A stretch of 36,003 nt of DNA, from positions 1 to 36,003 of the IMG/VR virus record IMGVR_UViG_3300037311_000466. The stretch is one strand, 5' to 3'. Numbering within the stretch: the first letter of the stretch is position 1; the number at the start of each line of letters is the position of its first letter. Of this stretch, positions 16,350-26,504 are shown one piece after another. The notes beneath the pieces were generated by a model. It was not told where the DNA came from, did not search any database, and worked only from the letters and a program-made list of their open reading frames with translations. Source of the stretch: a virus. Its lineage: Duplodnaviria; Caudoviricetes. A program made the translations under genes and the position numbers.

Positions 16350-16372
16350 TTTTAAGAATATTTCTTTTTAAT

Positions 16373-16397
16373 TAAACAATTGATTATCAGTACTTTA
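16373..16397. promoter_or_regulatory. 25-bp palindrome, copy 2
   Basis: TAA ACAAT TGATTATCA GTACT TTA; 23 nt upstream of the capsid start. Confidence 0.7.
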
Positions 16398-16415
16398 AGT
16401 CAAAATAAAGTAAAA

Positions 16416-16757
16416 CTAATCCAAAGTGGTAGCCACACTGGTAGCCACAAACTTAGAACCGTCAAAAACAAAAGGCATTGATTTGGTTTTATTAATAGTT
16501 CCTGCCATCGCCGGCCCCAAAAAACCAGTTCCCAAAGTTACACCTCGGGCGGTTTCGTCGCTTTTGGCCACCAAAGTCAATAAAGCTCCTTTTTTTAATT
16601 CTGGGTGCAAAGTCAAATTAAGGGTTACATTTTGGTCTAAAGTCCCCAAATTGATGATGCTATTTCTCTTTTTAACCGCTTGGGCAATATTAGCCGCCAC
16701 AGTCGGGGTAAATACGTCAGCCTCCCCAAAAGGCCAATCAACAAAACTTTCTTCCAT
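16416..16757 (-). CDS. Probable head decoration / cement protein
   Basis: 113-aa beta-rich protein between the protease and capsid genes. Confidence 0.5.
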   Translation of the reverse strand: MEESFVDWPFGEADVFTPTVAANIAQAVKKRNSIINLGTLDQNVTLNLTLHPELKKGALLTLVAKSDETARGVTLGTGFLGPAMAGTINKTKSMPFVFDGSKFVATSVATTLD

Positions 16758-16869
16758 CGTCGTATAAGAAAAATTAGATGTTTTTTAATTTTAAAATTTA
16801 TATAAGCCCGCCTAACTACCCTCTGGGCAAAGGTTTGCGGGCTATTATTGGTTTGTTTTCTTGATTAAT

Positions 16870-18045
16870 TTACTCCCCGTATTGAGCCGCAAACATTTGA
16901 TTGTACCACTCCGGGTCAGCCTTCATTTTCGCCTTTAATCCGGCGGGGTCGTTTTTCTCCCAATCTTCCAAAGTCCAATCTTTTTTATTGGCGGGCAAAT
17001 CATTTCCTTTCTTGGAAGCCTCAGAATTGACTTTATTCGTCTCAATTTCTTTAGCAAGGTCTTTAGGGGTAGGGAAAGTATGTAATAAATTTTTCACTAC
17101 TTCCGCACCTACTTTGTCAATCATTTTTCTAAATTCATCGGCTTGCTGGGTTGTAATCTTCTTTTCCTCAATCAAAGCATTGATTTCAGCCATTTCTAAT
17201 TCAGCCTGTTTAGCCTCTAGCACTTTTAAGCGAGCACTTATTGAATCCAGATTTGCTTTCTGACCTTTGATGCCATTTTCAATCAAAGCAATCAAATCAT
17301 CATCACTGGCATTAGCCTGAATATTTGCGGCAATACCTAATAAGCCTAGTAAGGCAACCAATTTAGGGTTCATAATTAATGTATTTTGGTTTTTGGGGCT
17401 TTCTACAAAAGCCGCCGGTTTAAAAATTTCGTTATATTGGGCTATAATCTCTAGCTCACTCATCGCCTCCGTGTTAGCCGGTACTTTGGCTGGATCATTA
17501 CTTAGCTCATCCGCCAAACCCGCTTTAATCGCTTCTTGGGCGTTAAACCATTTATCCACACCCACCGCAAGCCAATTATCCAACACCCATTTTTTATCTT
17601 TGCCGGTCTTAGCAGCAAATCTCTCCGCCATTCCATCATTCACCGTGTCTAGCAAATCCGCCGCATTTCTAAACTTTTGGGCTTGACCACTTACACTACC
17701 ACTGGCTTGATGGAGCATCATTTTACCGGATTTGCTTATAAATACTCTCGAGAAATAAGTGGTTAAATCCGCCATTGCACTGGCCGCCATCCCATCAATA
17801 TAGGCATTGATAATTTTCCCCTGAGATTTTAGATTCTCGATAATACTACCAATAGCATCAGCCTCAAACACCATCCCTCCGGGGCTATGTATCCGGGCAT
17901 TGATTACATCGTACTTTTTCGCCAATTCACTCAAAACGCTTATTAACGCCCGACTAGATACACTACCCCAGTCGTTGATTGTACCATACATCAGCACATC
18001 TACTTCGGGCTTTGGTTTATTGGCTTTGGCCAGTACTTCAAACAT
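16870..18045 (-). CDS. ClpP-type head maturation protease with C-terminal scaffold
   Basis: IHSPGG, IDGMAASMA, MMLHQAS and WFNAQEAIKAGLAD motifs, followed by a coiled-coil tail ending WEKNDPAGL. Confidence 0.9.
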   Translation of the reverse strand: MFEVLAKANKPKPEVDVLMYGTINDWGSVSSRALISVLSELAKKYDVINARIHSPGGMVFEADAIGSIIENLKSQGKIINAYIDGMAASAMADLTTYFSRVFISKSGKMMLHQASGSVSGQAQKFRNAADLLDTVNDGMAERFAAKTGKDKKWVLDNWLAVGVDKWFNAQEAIKAGLADELSNDPAKVPANTEAMSELEIIAQYNEIFKPAAFVESPKNQNTLIMNPKLVALLGLLGIAANIQANASDDDLIALIENGIKGQKANLDSISARLKVLEAKQAELEMAEINALIEEKKITTQQADEFRKMIDKVGAEVVKNLLHTFPTPKDLAKEIETNKVNSEASKKGNDLPANKKDWTLEDWEKNDPAGLKAKMKADPEWYNQMFAAQYGE

Positions 18046-18165
18046 TTTTGCTCAAAATTTTATAATACAAAGTAAAAGTTTATATTTTAGACTAATTTTT
18101 GCATTTTTGGAATTATTTAGGCGGTTTTTGGATATATTTTGCTCACTTAATAAACATAATTATTT

Positions 18166-18432
18166 ATGGCTAATTTTGCTCAAAAAGTAGATGGATTGCC
18201 GCGTGGCTATACCACCAAAGTTTTAGAGAAACTCGCTGAGCGTAAAATTTTTATTAGTCCTTGGAAGGTCTATAAAGTTGCCGGAGGCTCATCTTATGAC
18301 GAAGATATAATGTCTATCATTTTAGAAGTAAAAATGGAAGCTTTGGAGTCAAAAAAAATAGCCATCCAACGCAATCGAGAATTGGCCGAAAAAATTAAAC
18401 TTTTAGAAAAGGAAATCAACAATGGCACTTAG
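18166..18432 (+). CDS. Small putative DNA-binding protein, first gene of the rightward operon
   Basis: HTH-like N-terminus and coiled C-terminus; overlaps the next gene. Confidence 0.45.
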   Translation: MANFAQKVDGLPRGYTTKVLEKLAERKIFISPWKVYKVAGGSSYDEDIMSIILEVKMEALESKKIAIQRNRELAEKIKLLEKEINNGT

Positions 18433-18856
18433 TCGCGAACAAAAAAGGGCTTATGCCTTGCAGTTATATTTGCAAGACAACCTTAGTCAGGAGGAAATTT
18501 GCGAACTGGTAGAATGGACTCCCAAAACCTTCTACAATAATAAGGTAAAAGGCAAATGGGAAGAGATGCTTAAAATGAAGGCTTCGGCCAAAGAGCAGAC
18601 CATCGTAAATCTCTGGAATCGTATCTATGAATTATCATCCGCCAAAGATTCGGCGAAAACCAACGCCAAAGAAATCGCAATGCTATCCAAAGCCATTGAA
18701 CGCCACACCTCGGCCAGTGAAAACATCAGTCAAGTGATTGAAAATTTCAAAAACTTTATTAACTGGCTCAAATTGATTGACTTAGAGTTTTCGCAAAAGG
18801 TGAATAAATACCAAAAGGATTACGTGGGTGAACTTTTAACCAAATACAAACTATGA
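18422..18856 (+). CDS. Putative terminase small subunit (HTH)
   Basis: ALQLYLQDNLSQEEICELVEWTPKT...GKWEE HTH; immediately upstream of the large subunit. Confidence 0.7.
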   Translation: MALSREQKRAYALQLYLQDNLSQEEICELVEWTPKTFYNNKVKGKWEEMLKMKASAKEQTIVNLWNRIYELSSAKDSAKTNAKEIAMLSKAIERHTSASENISQVIENFKNFINWLKLIDLEFSQKVNKYQKDYVGELLTKYKL

Positions 18857-20418
18857 ACCTGCAAGAATTAGACTTACTAAGCAATAAAATCAAAAAATTC
18901 TCCCAAAAAGATTACGAGGAGTGGCTAGCTTTCTGCGAGCATATCCAAGAAATGACCCAAGTAATCCCGGATGAAACCAAGCCCGAAAAGGAAAAAAGAA
19001 TTGCCCGCCTTTTGAAGCCCGAAAATTACGGGGAATTTTTTGAGTATTATTTTCCGCATTACACCCTCAAAGCTGACGGCTCTAAAATCGCCTGCGCCCC
19101 TTATCATACGAAAATTGCCAACACCTTAATTAGTGAAAGCTTTGTAGATGTTGTTTTTGAAGGGCATCGGGGCTGCGCCAAATCCACGCACGGCAATATA
19201 GGTTTTCCTATGCGTAATATGCTGATTGGCGAAATGAATTTTATGTTGTTAATCGGTGAAACCGAGCCCAAAGCCTGCCGTTTGCTGGGTGATATTCAGG
19301 CTGAGTTTGAGTTTAATCAACTAATTATCAATGACTTTGGCAAACAGGTCGTTTCTGGCTCTTGGGCAGATGGCGAGTTTCAAACCAAAGGCGGGGTCTA
19401 TTTCTCCTCTTTAAGTTTAGGCCAAAACCCGCGCGGTATTCGCAAACGACAGCACCGACCCGATTATATTGTCGTAGATGATGTGGACAATAAAAGAAGG
19501 TGCAATAATCCACGCCTAATCCAAGAGTCCGTTGAATGGATTACTGATGATTTAATGCAGTGCTTTGGCTCCGAAAGAGGCCGTTTTTTATTAGTTAATA
19601 ACCGCATTCATAAGAATAGTATTCTAGTCAATATACTAAAATCCTTACCTTCCGTTCGTCATTTTCAAATCAATGCCTTAGACAAAAACGGTGAGCCCAC
19701 TTGGAAGGCTAAATACACTAAGGAGTACTGGGACAAAAAACAAGCCGATACTACTTTCCGCTCCTTCCAACGTGAGTATATGAATAATCCCATTGAAGAC
19801 GGAAAAATATTTAAAGCCGAGTGGATTCAATATAAAAAAATGCTCCGCTTAGATAAATATGATGCACTCGTATTGTATGGCGATTTGTCTTACAAAGAAA
19901 CCGGCGATTTCAAAGCAATGAAGCTTTGGGGCAAAATCGGGCGCGAATTTCATCGCATTGCCGTTTTTTGCCGCCAAACCTCCCGCGCCCAGTGCGCCAT
20001 TTGGCTCTATGATTTATACGAAGATTTAAAGCTGGAAAAATACGCTGTCAGCTATTTTATCGAAGGCTTATTTGCAATGGATGAATTTGTTAATGATTTT
20101 GACTTAGAAGGCGATAAACGAAAATATTATATTCCGGTGCAAGCCGACACCCGCCCCAAAGCCGCTAAATTTGACCGAATAGAGCAAATATCCGGGTTTT
20201 GGGAGCGTAGAAATGTATTTTATAACGAAGCCTACAAAGATTGTTCCGACGAACAAGCCGAATTAGACCAACTCCTAGCCTTCGAGAAAGGCTCCGGCGC
20301 GCCCGATGATGCCCCGGATGCTGATGCCGGGGCAATCGGCAAACTTAATGGGGTAACATATATCAACGAGGGCGAAACTCGCACTGGCAAACGCCCCAAA
20401 CCAAATTCTAACTACTAA
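18853..20418 (+). CDS. terL: Terminase large subunit
   Basis: HRGCAKST Walker A variant, RGIR...RPDYIVVDDVD Walker B, FQREYMNNP, nuclease YGDLSY and DDAPDA. Confidence 0.9.
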   Translation: MNLQELDLLSNKIKKFSQKDYEEWLAFCEHIQEMTQVIPDETKPEKEKRIARLLKPENYGEFFEYYFPHYTLKADGSKIACAPYHTKIANTLISESFVDVVFEGHRGCAKSTHGNIGFPMRNMLIGEMNFMLLIGETEPKACRLLGDIQAEFEFNQLIINDFGKQVVSGSWADGEFQTKGGVYFSSLSLGQNPRGIRKRQHRPDYIVVDDVDNKRRCNNPRLIQESVEWITDDLMQCFGSERGRFLLVNNRIHKNSILVNILKSLPSVRHFQINALDKNGEPTWKAKYTKEYWDKKQADTTFRSFQREYMNNPIEDGKIFKAEWIQYKKMLRLDKYDALVLYGDLSYKETGDFKAMKLWGKIGREFHRIAVFCRQTSRAQCAIWLYDLYEDLKLEKYAVSYFIEGLFAMDEFVNDFDLEGDKRKYYIPVQADTRPKAAKFDRIEQISGFWERRNVFYNEAYKDCSDEQAELDQLLAFEKGSGAPDDAPDADAGAIGKLNGVTYINEGETRTGKRPKPNSNY

Positions 20419-20423
20419 ACATT

Positions 20424-20846
20424 ATGGCATTTATTGAATTAACGGATTATCAACCCATCATCAATAACGAAGAGTTAGCGGTGATTAGCAACAATAACAG
20501 CAACTTTGAACGGGAAACAGCTGAAAAAATGGCAATGTCCAAAATCAAAGAAATGCTATCCCGGCAAATTGACATCGATTACGAATATGCCCAAAGCGGA
20601 GCAAACCGCAATCTAAGTTTACTAGAATACACCATTTATTTTACCCTATATATATTGTATTCCCGGATTGCCAAAGCCCAAGTGCCCGAAGATAGATACG
20701 AACAATACAAAGAGGCCAAGGAATGGCTAAAAGCTATTCAAGAAGATAAAATTACTTCCACCCTCAAACGCAAGCTATCCGACGATCAGGAAGAAAGCCC
20801 GGCGGTTCGCTTTGGCTCTAATCCGCGGTCTAATCATTTTTGGTAA
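20424..20846 (+). CDS. Head-tail adaptor (Mu gp36 / DUF1320-like)
   Basis: MAFIELTDY...VPEDRYEQYKEAKEWL...RFGSNP pattern. Confidence 0.75.
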   Translation: MAFIELTDYQPIINNEELAVISNNNSNFERETAEKMAMSKIKEMLSRQIDIDYEYAQSGANRNLSLLEYTIYFTLYILYSRIAKAQVPEDRYEQYKEAKEWLKAIQEDKITSTLKRKLSDDQEESPAVRFGSNPRSNHFW

Positions 20847-20939
20847 TTTTATAAATTTTAATAACCAAAACGCTTATAAATTTAACTACTTACACAAGTC
20901 AAAAATATTGTCTTTAAAATAGCTTTAAAATCGCTCACA

Positions 20940-23051
20940 ATGGCAAATCTCATAAAACTCGTACAATCAGGTTTTAAAAATACCCTTCAAAATTTGGGCT
21001 TAAAAAAGGCCGAAAATAATCTAAGCAAAGATGCTCAATTTTTAGCCAAAATCGACGAGGTTTTGATGCCCCTAGTCCTCCGCCAAAAGTTTTTGTACCG
21101 GGTAGATATTAGCCACTGGCGGCAAGGTCAAGAGGAAGCCTTAGATATTTACCGTCCCCGCCGGATTGTAATGCAAGAAGTCTATTTTGATGCCCTCCAA
21201 GATGCCCATTTGCAAGCCGTTTTACAAAGTCGCACTTTAAACGCATTAAATATACCCTTCAAAATATCGGATGATAAAACCGGAGAAATTGACGATTCAT
21301 TAACTCGTTTTTTTAAGAAAAAATGGTTTTTCAAGTTTCTCCGCTTTGCGATGGAGGCAAAATACCACGATTACTCTGTAATTGGTTTAAATATCAATCG
21401 CGGATTGATTGACAATGTCCATCTTTTACCGCGCGAAAACATCATTCCTGATACTAAAGAAGTTTTATTGGATGTTAATAGCGAACAAACTATATCGTTA
21501 GAAGCAAGCCCTTATAATAATTTATATATTTTCGTAGGAGGCAAAGACTTCGGCTTGTTAAATGAATGCGCCCCTCACACAATCTTTAAAAAGAGAACTT
21601 TGCAGTTTTGGTCTCAATTCCAAGAAATGTTTGGTGTTCCTTTTCGCTTTGCCACTTACACCGGCAACAATAAGCAAGTGATTGACCGTATTGAACAAAC
21701 CTTACAGGAAATGGGCTCCGCTGCCTATGGTTTGTTTCCGCACGGTACTACCATTGATTTCAAAGAGGTCAACCGCACGGATGTTTCCAATGTATTCAAT
21801 GTTGGGATTGATCGTGCTAACTCCGAAATATCCAAACGGGTACTGGGGCAAACAATGACTACTGATGGCGGGCAATCTTATGCCCAAGCCAGCGTACACG
21901 CTGATAAAGAGTCGGATATTACCAAAGCGGATTTGCGCGAACTTGAATTTGAAGTCAATGACAATTTATCCCCCATCCTAATGCGCTGGGGTGTGCCCTT
22001 ACAAGGCAAACGCTTTGAGTTTGATTTAAGCAAACGCCTGCCTTTGGCGCAATATCAACTCTCTATTGACCAATGGTTGAGCCAAAGTTTTGACATTGAC
22101 CAAAATTATATCGAAAAAACCTACGGCACACCCGTCAAACCCAAAGCTTTACCAGAGCCAAACCCCAAAGAACCCAATCCTAATCCAGAACCCGAAGAAG
22201 GAGAGGGAGCGGAAGAGGAGGAGGGTGAAGAGGTCAAACCTCAACCTAAAAAAACCAAAGGCCACACCCATTTCAAACCCTTGGCTCATTTCTATGCCGC
22301 TGATAATACGCTCTTGGCTATCTTTTTAAGACTGGCTGAAAAAGTCTTTAAAGGTACTTTAAAGGAGGTTTTGGATACTGATTTATTTACCTATTACAAA
22401 AATCAATACCAAAACGGTATTAGTGATGGTTTTGAAACCAGTATCGACAAACTCCCCAAAAACTCCCCGGAGGCCAAACTATTTGCCAACTTACTGACGG
22501 ATGCCGAAAAGTTTGCCGCCTACAAAACTTTTCAAGTAATCAAAGAACTTAAAATTTTAGCGGGCAAATACACCCAAGAGGGAGCGGATGAATACACCGC
22601 CGCCGCACAAAAAATTCACAACAATCACAATGTGAGTTATTTAGAAACTGAGGCCAATACCTATTTAGCCGCTACTCAAAACGCCCGCAATTGGTTGCAG
22701 TACGAAAAAGATAAGGATATTTTTCCCTATCTAAAATGGCAAACCGCCGGAGATGAAAGAGTGAGAAAATCCCACGACAAATTAGACGGTATCACCTTGC
22801 CGGTGGATGATGATTTTTGGGATACTCATCAACCACCCTTAGATCACAACTGCCGCTGCGAATTGATTCAAGTAACCAAAATCGCTAAACCAACCGATAA
22901 AGAAAAATTAAAAGACTTACCTACTTATGCCCCCGAATTAGCCACTAATCCGGCCAAAACCGGCAAAGTATATACCACCCAGCATCCTTATTATAAGGAC
23001 GTTGCTGAGGCCGACACCAAAAAAATCGAGAAATTTATTAAAAACGCATAA
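20940..23051 (+). CDS. Portal protein (Mu gp29 / DUF935) fused to a Mu gpF-like head morphogenesis domain
   Basis: Portal motifs DAHL, EMFGVP, NSEISKRVLGQTMTT and ASVH; an acidic/Pro linker; then gpF motifs TAGDERVRKSH...DDFW...PPLDHNCRC. Confidence 0.85.
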   Translation: MANLIKLVQSGFKNTLQNLGLKKAENNLSKDAQFLAKIDEVLMPLVLRQKFLYRVDISHWRQGQEEALDIYRPRRIVMQEVYFDALQDAHLQAVLQSRTLNALNIPFKISDDKTGEIDDSLTRFFKKKWFFKFLRFAMEAKYHDYSVIGLNINRGLIDNVHLLPRENIIPDTKEVLLDVNSEQTISLEASPYNNLYIFVGGKDFGLLNECAPHTIFKKRTLQFWSQFQEMFGVPFRFATYTGNNKQVIDRIEQTLQEMGSAAYGLFPHGTTIDFKEVNRTDVSNVFNVGIDRANSEISKRVLGQTMTTDGGQSYAQASVHADKESDITKADLRELEFEVNDNLSPILMRWGVPLQGKRFEFDLSKRLPLAQYQLSIDQWLSQSFDIDQNYIEKTYGTPVKPKALPEPNPKEPNPNPEPEEGEGAEEEEGEEVKPQPKKTKGHTHFKPLAHFYAADNTLLAIFLRLAEKVFKGTLKEVLDTDLFTYYKNQYQNGISDGFETSIDKLPKNSPEAKLFANLLTDAEKFAAYKTFQVIKELKILAGKYTQEGADEYTAAAQKIHNNHNVSYLETEANTYLAATQNARNWLQYEKDKDIFPYLKWQTAGDERVRKSHDKLDGITLPVDDDFWDTHQPPLDHNCRCELIQVTKIAKPTDKEKLKDLPTYAPELATNPAKTGKVYTTQHPYYKDVAEADTKKIEKFIKNA

Positions 23052-23080
23052 TTCTAAACCTGTAACTCATAAATAAAATT

Positions 23081-25009
23081 ATGATTGGCATAAACATTAT
23101 TTATAATTTAAAAGACCAACTAACCGGCGGTCTCCACAAAATAAAGGAGGCTTTTAGCCCCGTCGACAGACACATTAAAAGCCTCCAACTAAGTACCGCC
23201 AACTTATTTGCCGAAATGCGCGCCCAAATCCCTTTCTTAGATAGCTTCGTGGGCTTGCTTAAAAACCCCTATGTATTAGCGGCGGGAGGAGTGGCCGCCC
23301 TGACCGCCGGGGTAATTGGTTTGGGCTCACATTTATTTGATGTTTCGGCTGAAATTCAAAAAAATCAGCAAAGCGTAAAAGCGATTTTTGGGCTTACAGG
23401 TTTAGAAATGGAGAATATAACCTCTAAGTCTATTGCACTTAGTAAAACTTTTGACTTAGAAAGCAAAGACATTATCATTGCTGGCAATGCCTTACAAAAA
23501 GCGTATGCCGATGCTGGTTTAACCGCCGGTGAGTCATTAAATCTGATTCAACAGGGCTTGCAAGCAACCAACGGATTATTAGATTTAGAACAAATCAAAG
23601 AATATCCCACCCAATTAAAAGCTATTGGTTTGAGTGCCGAGCAAACTATAGCTTTAATGTCGCAAGGTATCAAACAAGGCGTTTTTAATGACAAAGCCCC
23701 AGACACCCTCAAAGAAATCGGTTTACGCATTCGCGAAATGCCCCAAGCTGCTAAAGATGCTTTGGCTAAACTAGGAATGGATAGTGCCAAAATAACCAAA
23801 GACTTAAACAGCGGAGCTAAATCCCAATTTCAAGTAATCCAAGAAATTGCCAACAAAGTTACTAACATCAAGGATGTGCAAGCCTATCAAGAGGCTGTAT
23901 CTAACGTTTTTGGCGGCCCCGGTGAAGATGCTGGCAAGGAGTTTTTAAAGTTTATCGCCCAATCTAAACTAGAAATGAAAGGTTTAATAGACTTACAAGA
24001 CCCTTTTATAAAATCCCAAAACCAACGAATTGCCTTAGAAGAAAAAATAATTGATAAACAGCAAGAGTTTGCTCCTGCCTTTAATCAACTAAAAGGCGAT
24101 TTTGATAATTTAATTCTTAAAGGCCAATTGCTTTTTTATGAAATAATCGCCGGTGCTGTACAAATTTTTCAAAATTTAGGTATTACCGGCACCGGTTTTT
24201 TCCAAGCTTTATCTTTAGGTATTGATTATTTACAAAAAGCCTTTACCTCTTGGCTTCCTTATATCGAGATAGGAGTCCATTTTTTAAGCAATTTGGTTAC
24301 TACCGCCTTGTGGTTGATTGATACAATGAGCCCCTTAATCCAATTATTCCTATTATTCAAAGGTATAATGCTGGCTATTAATATTATAATGGCCGCTAAT
24401 CCTTTGGGGGCTTTAATTACAGGACTGGTATTGGTTGCGGTAGGACTTAAGACCGCCTATGAACGCTCCGCCACCTTTCGCGCCTTTTTAGCCGGCTTAA
24501 TTGAAACTGCCAAAGCCCTTTACACTCCTATGGAGGCTCTTAGCCGGGTGATTATTGGGGTAATGACCTTTGATGCCGGGCGCATTCGCTCCGGGGTCAA
24601 AGATAGCATCAAGGCTTTCAATGAATTAAACGTGGCCGGAGCTTTCGAGAAGGGTTACAAATCTTCATTGGCCGCCGATTTAGCCAAACAAAAAAAGGAA
24701 GCCGAAGAAAAAGCCAAAAATGCTAACGCCGATTTAGGCTCAAAAGGAGCTAAAAGCGATTCACTTACGCCCGGCAAACCCGGCGGCACTGCCAACCCTA
24801 CTGCATCCCCTGAAAAAGCCGCTGACAAAGTAGTAAGCTCTGCTCAACAAACCCGCAATATCACCGTCAATATTGAGGCTCTGATGAAAGACACCAAGAT
24901 CCATCTCAAAGAAGTGGCCAATAGTATCGGGCTAAGTCCGCAAGACTTTGAAAAAATGATGGAAGAAACCTTATTACGAATAGTGCGAAATGTAGAGGCA
25001 ATTGCCTAA
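23081..25009 (+). CDS. Tail tape measure protein
   Basis: Ala/Gly-rich helical protein with DKAPDTLKE, VFGGPGEDAG and MAANPLG motifs plus hydrophobic segments. Confidence 0.85.
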   Translation: MIGINIIYNLKDQLTGGLHKIKEAFSPVDRHIKSLQLSTANLFAEMRAQIPFLDSFVGLLKNPYVLAAGGVAALTAGVIGLGSHLFDVSAEIQKNQQSVKAIFGLTGLEMENITSKSIALSKTFDLESKDIIIAGNALQKAYADAGLTAGESLNLIQQGLQATNGLLDLEQIKEYPTQLKAIGLSAEQTIALMSQGIKQGVFNDKAPDTLKEIGLRIREMPQAAKDALAKLGMDSAKITKDLNSGAKSQFQVIQEIANKVTNIKDVQAYQEAVSNVFGGPGEDAGKEFLKFIAQSKLEMKGLIDLQDPFIKSQNQRIALEEKIIDKQQEFAPAFNQLKGDFDNLILKGQLLFYEIIAGAVQIFQNLGITGTGFFQALSLGIDYLQKAFTSWLPYIEIGVHFLSNLVTTALWLIDTMSPLIQLFLLFKGIMLAINIIMAANPLGALITGLVLVAVGLKTAYERSATFRAFLAGLIETAKALYTPMEALSRVIIGVMTFDAGRIRSGVKDSIKAFNELNVAGAFEKGYKSSLAADLAKQKKEAEEKAKNANADLGSKGAKSDSLTPGKPGGTANPTASPEKAADKVVSSAQQTRNITVNIEALMKDTKIHLKEVANSIGLSPQDFEKMMEETLLRIVRNVEAIA

Positions 25010-25016
25010 TTAATAT

Positions 25017-25559
25017 ATGAGTATCAAAAAAATCATTCAGGCAAATGAAAGCCTATTAAAAGTCTATCGCCAAACTCCCCGTTTAGTCGGCGGTTTGGCC
25101 GTGGCTTTTTTTAAACAAAGTTTTGTGAGGCAAGGCTACATTGACGAAAAATACGAACGCTGGAAGCCCCGAAAACGAGCTGATAGCGGAGCCTATGCCA
25201 AACGCGCCGGTAAACGCGGTATATTAGTTAAGACCGCCCGCTTAAAACGCTCTATTCGAGTTTTAGCAACTACCACCGAAAGTGTTACTGTAGGCACTGA
25301 TGTAAAATACGCCCAAGCCCACAATGAAGGGTTTGAAGGCACGGTTAATCAGACCGTCAAACAGCATAACCGAAAAGCGCATACACGCTCCCGCAAGGGA
25401 AGGGAAGAAAAAGTAAGGGCGCATAAAGTCCAAGGCTTTCAAAGAAAGGCTAAAATGAAAATTCCCAAACGCCAATTTATGGGCGATTCCAAACTACTCG
25501 CCCGCCGGATTCAAATGAATATCGAGAAATTATTAATCGCCGAGTTAAAAAAATTATGA
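25017..25559 (+). CDS. Virion morphogenesis protein (Mu gpG / P2 gpS-like)
   Basis: W.PRK...ILVKTARLKRSI...VGTDVKYAQAHNEG...IPKRQFMG motifs. Confidence 0.85.
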   Translation: MSIKKIIQANESLLKVYRQTPRLVGGLAVAFFKQSFVRQGYIDEKYERWKPRKRADSGAYAKRAGKRGILVKTARLKRSIRVLATTTESVTVGTDVKYAQAHNEGFEGTVNQTVKQHNRKAHTRSRKGREEKVRAHKVQGFQRKAKMKIPKRQFMGDSKLLARRIQMNIEKLLIAELKKL

Positions 25560-25568
25560 ATACGCGCC

Positions 25569-25592
25569 CTTGCCTGTGTCTTCACAGGCAAG
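25569..25592. repeat. Perfect 10-bp intergenic inverted repeat
   Basis: CTTGCCTGTG-TCTT-CACAGGCAAG, with no U-tract. Confidence 0.6.
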
Positions 25593-25618
25593 CCTGTGCA
25601 TCAAACCCTTATTGAATT

Positions 25619-26161
25619 ATGAATACTCCCTTTTATTTAGAAGCTTTATACCTAGACATAGCCGCCCATCTTACCAGCCCCGAAAGCATCGCATTTTTGG
25701 CCGCTTATGATTTGCCCGCCGTTGCTCACGTAGATTTATTCTTGGGGCAATATGATAGCGAAGAAAATCAAATTGCTTATGCTACACCTGCCGTATTTAT
25801 CGAGTTTGCCGAGTCCCAATATACCGAGCGAGGCCGCCTTCAAGAAGCCGGATTAGAAACTATCCGTATCCACATTGAGCAAAGGCAAGTGGGTAGCACT
25901 GCTTATAACAGCCACAATCGCCCCCAGTCCTTACAAACCCTGCGCTTTATTGAGGCCATCCACGTGCTACTCAAAGGCTTCGAAGGTGATTTTTATGGTA
26001 AGTTTCGCCGGGTAGCCCGAGCCTCAGAACTCACTACCACTAATCATCCGGTGCATATTTTTGACTACACCACCCAAGCCACTTACGAGGCTACTGACAA
26101 ATACCGCAATTACACCCAAACTAATCCCAACGAAACAGCTTTGAAAGTTAGTAAGAGCTAA
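25619..26161 (+). CDS. Probable tail terminator / completion protein (Mu gp37-like)
   Basis: HVDLFLGQ...PAVFIEF pattern; follows the gpG-like gene. Confidence 0.6.
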   Translation: MNTPFYLEALYLDIAAHLTSPESIAFLAAYDLPAVAHVDLFLGQYDSEENQIAYATPAVFIEFAESQYTERGRLQEAGLETIRIHIEQRQVGSTAYNSHNRPQSLQTLRFIEAIHVLLKGFEGDFYGKFRRVARASELTTTNHPVHIFDYTTQATYEATDKYRNYTQTNPNETALKVSKS

Positions 26162-26178
26162 CCTCAAAAAATCCATTT

Positions 26179-26212
26179 CCCCTCCCCTTCAAAGGGGAGG
26201 CCGGGAGGGGTT
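26179..26212. repeat. REP-like GC-rich palindrome at the convergence of two transcription units
   Basis: CCCCTCCCCTTCAAAGGGGAGGCCGGGAGGGGTT; related to 28046..28081. Confidence 0.65.
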
Positions 26213-26404
26213 AAACACCTCCACCAGTGTTTCTTTCAAAAGCCAAACAAACTCAAAGCTTTCAGCTCTCAATGCCGCCCTTTCTTCATCTTTCAAAGAG
26301 CCGATATAGTACACTAAGTCATCAAAGTTTTTAACTAAAGTATCCAAGGAGCCTTGATTAGCTAATAAGTCGCGCAGTGGCTCCGGGTTCAACGGTTGAT
26401 TCAT
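26189..26404 (-). CDS. Small hypothetical protein, possibly independently expressed (moron-like)
   Basis: 71-aa helical ORF with two upstream TATATTTG boxes and an upstream terminator. Confidence 0.55.
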   Translation of the reverse strand: MNQPLNPEPLRDLLANQGSLDTLVKNFDDLVYYIGSLKDEERAALRAESFEFVWLLKETLVEVFNPSRPPL

Positions 26405-26504
26405 TAATATTTTAGGTTGTGTTATAATTTTTTAAGTTAAAAAACTTATCAAATATAATTCCAATTTGACAAATATATTAGCAAATTCTTGAAAAATACC
26501 CAAA

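Noticed and set aside
16426-16767. 113-aa + strand ORF mirroring the decoration gene
   Set aside because: Antisense shadow in register with a gene that fits the operon; no motifs or expression signals.
16805-16843. AGCCCGC...GCGGGCT inverted repeat between the protease and decoration genes
   Set aside because: The long irregular loop and weak U-tract do not support a terminator or ncRNA call.
2150-17686. Many short + strand ORFs (for example 2150, 2399, 6903, 8763, 10356, 16901, 17393)
   Set aside because: All lie antisense to well-supported minus-strand structural genes and have no recognisable motifs.
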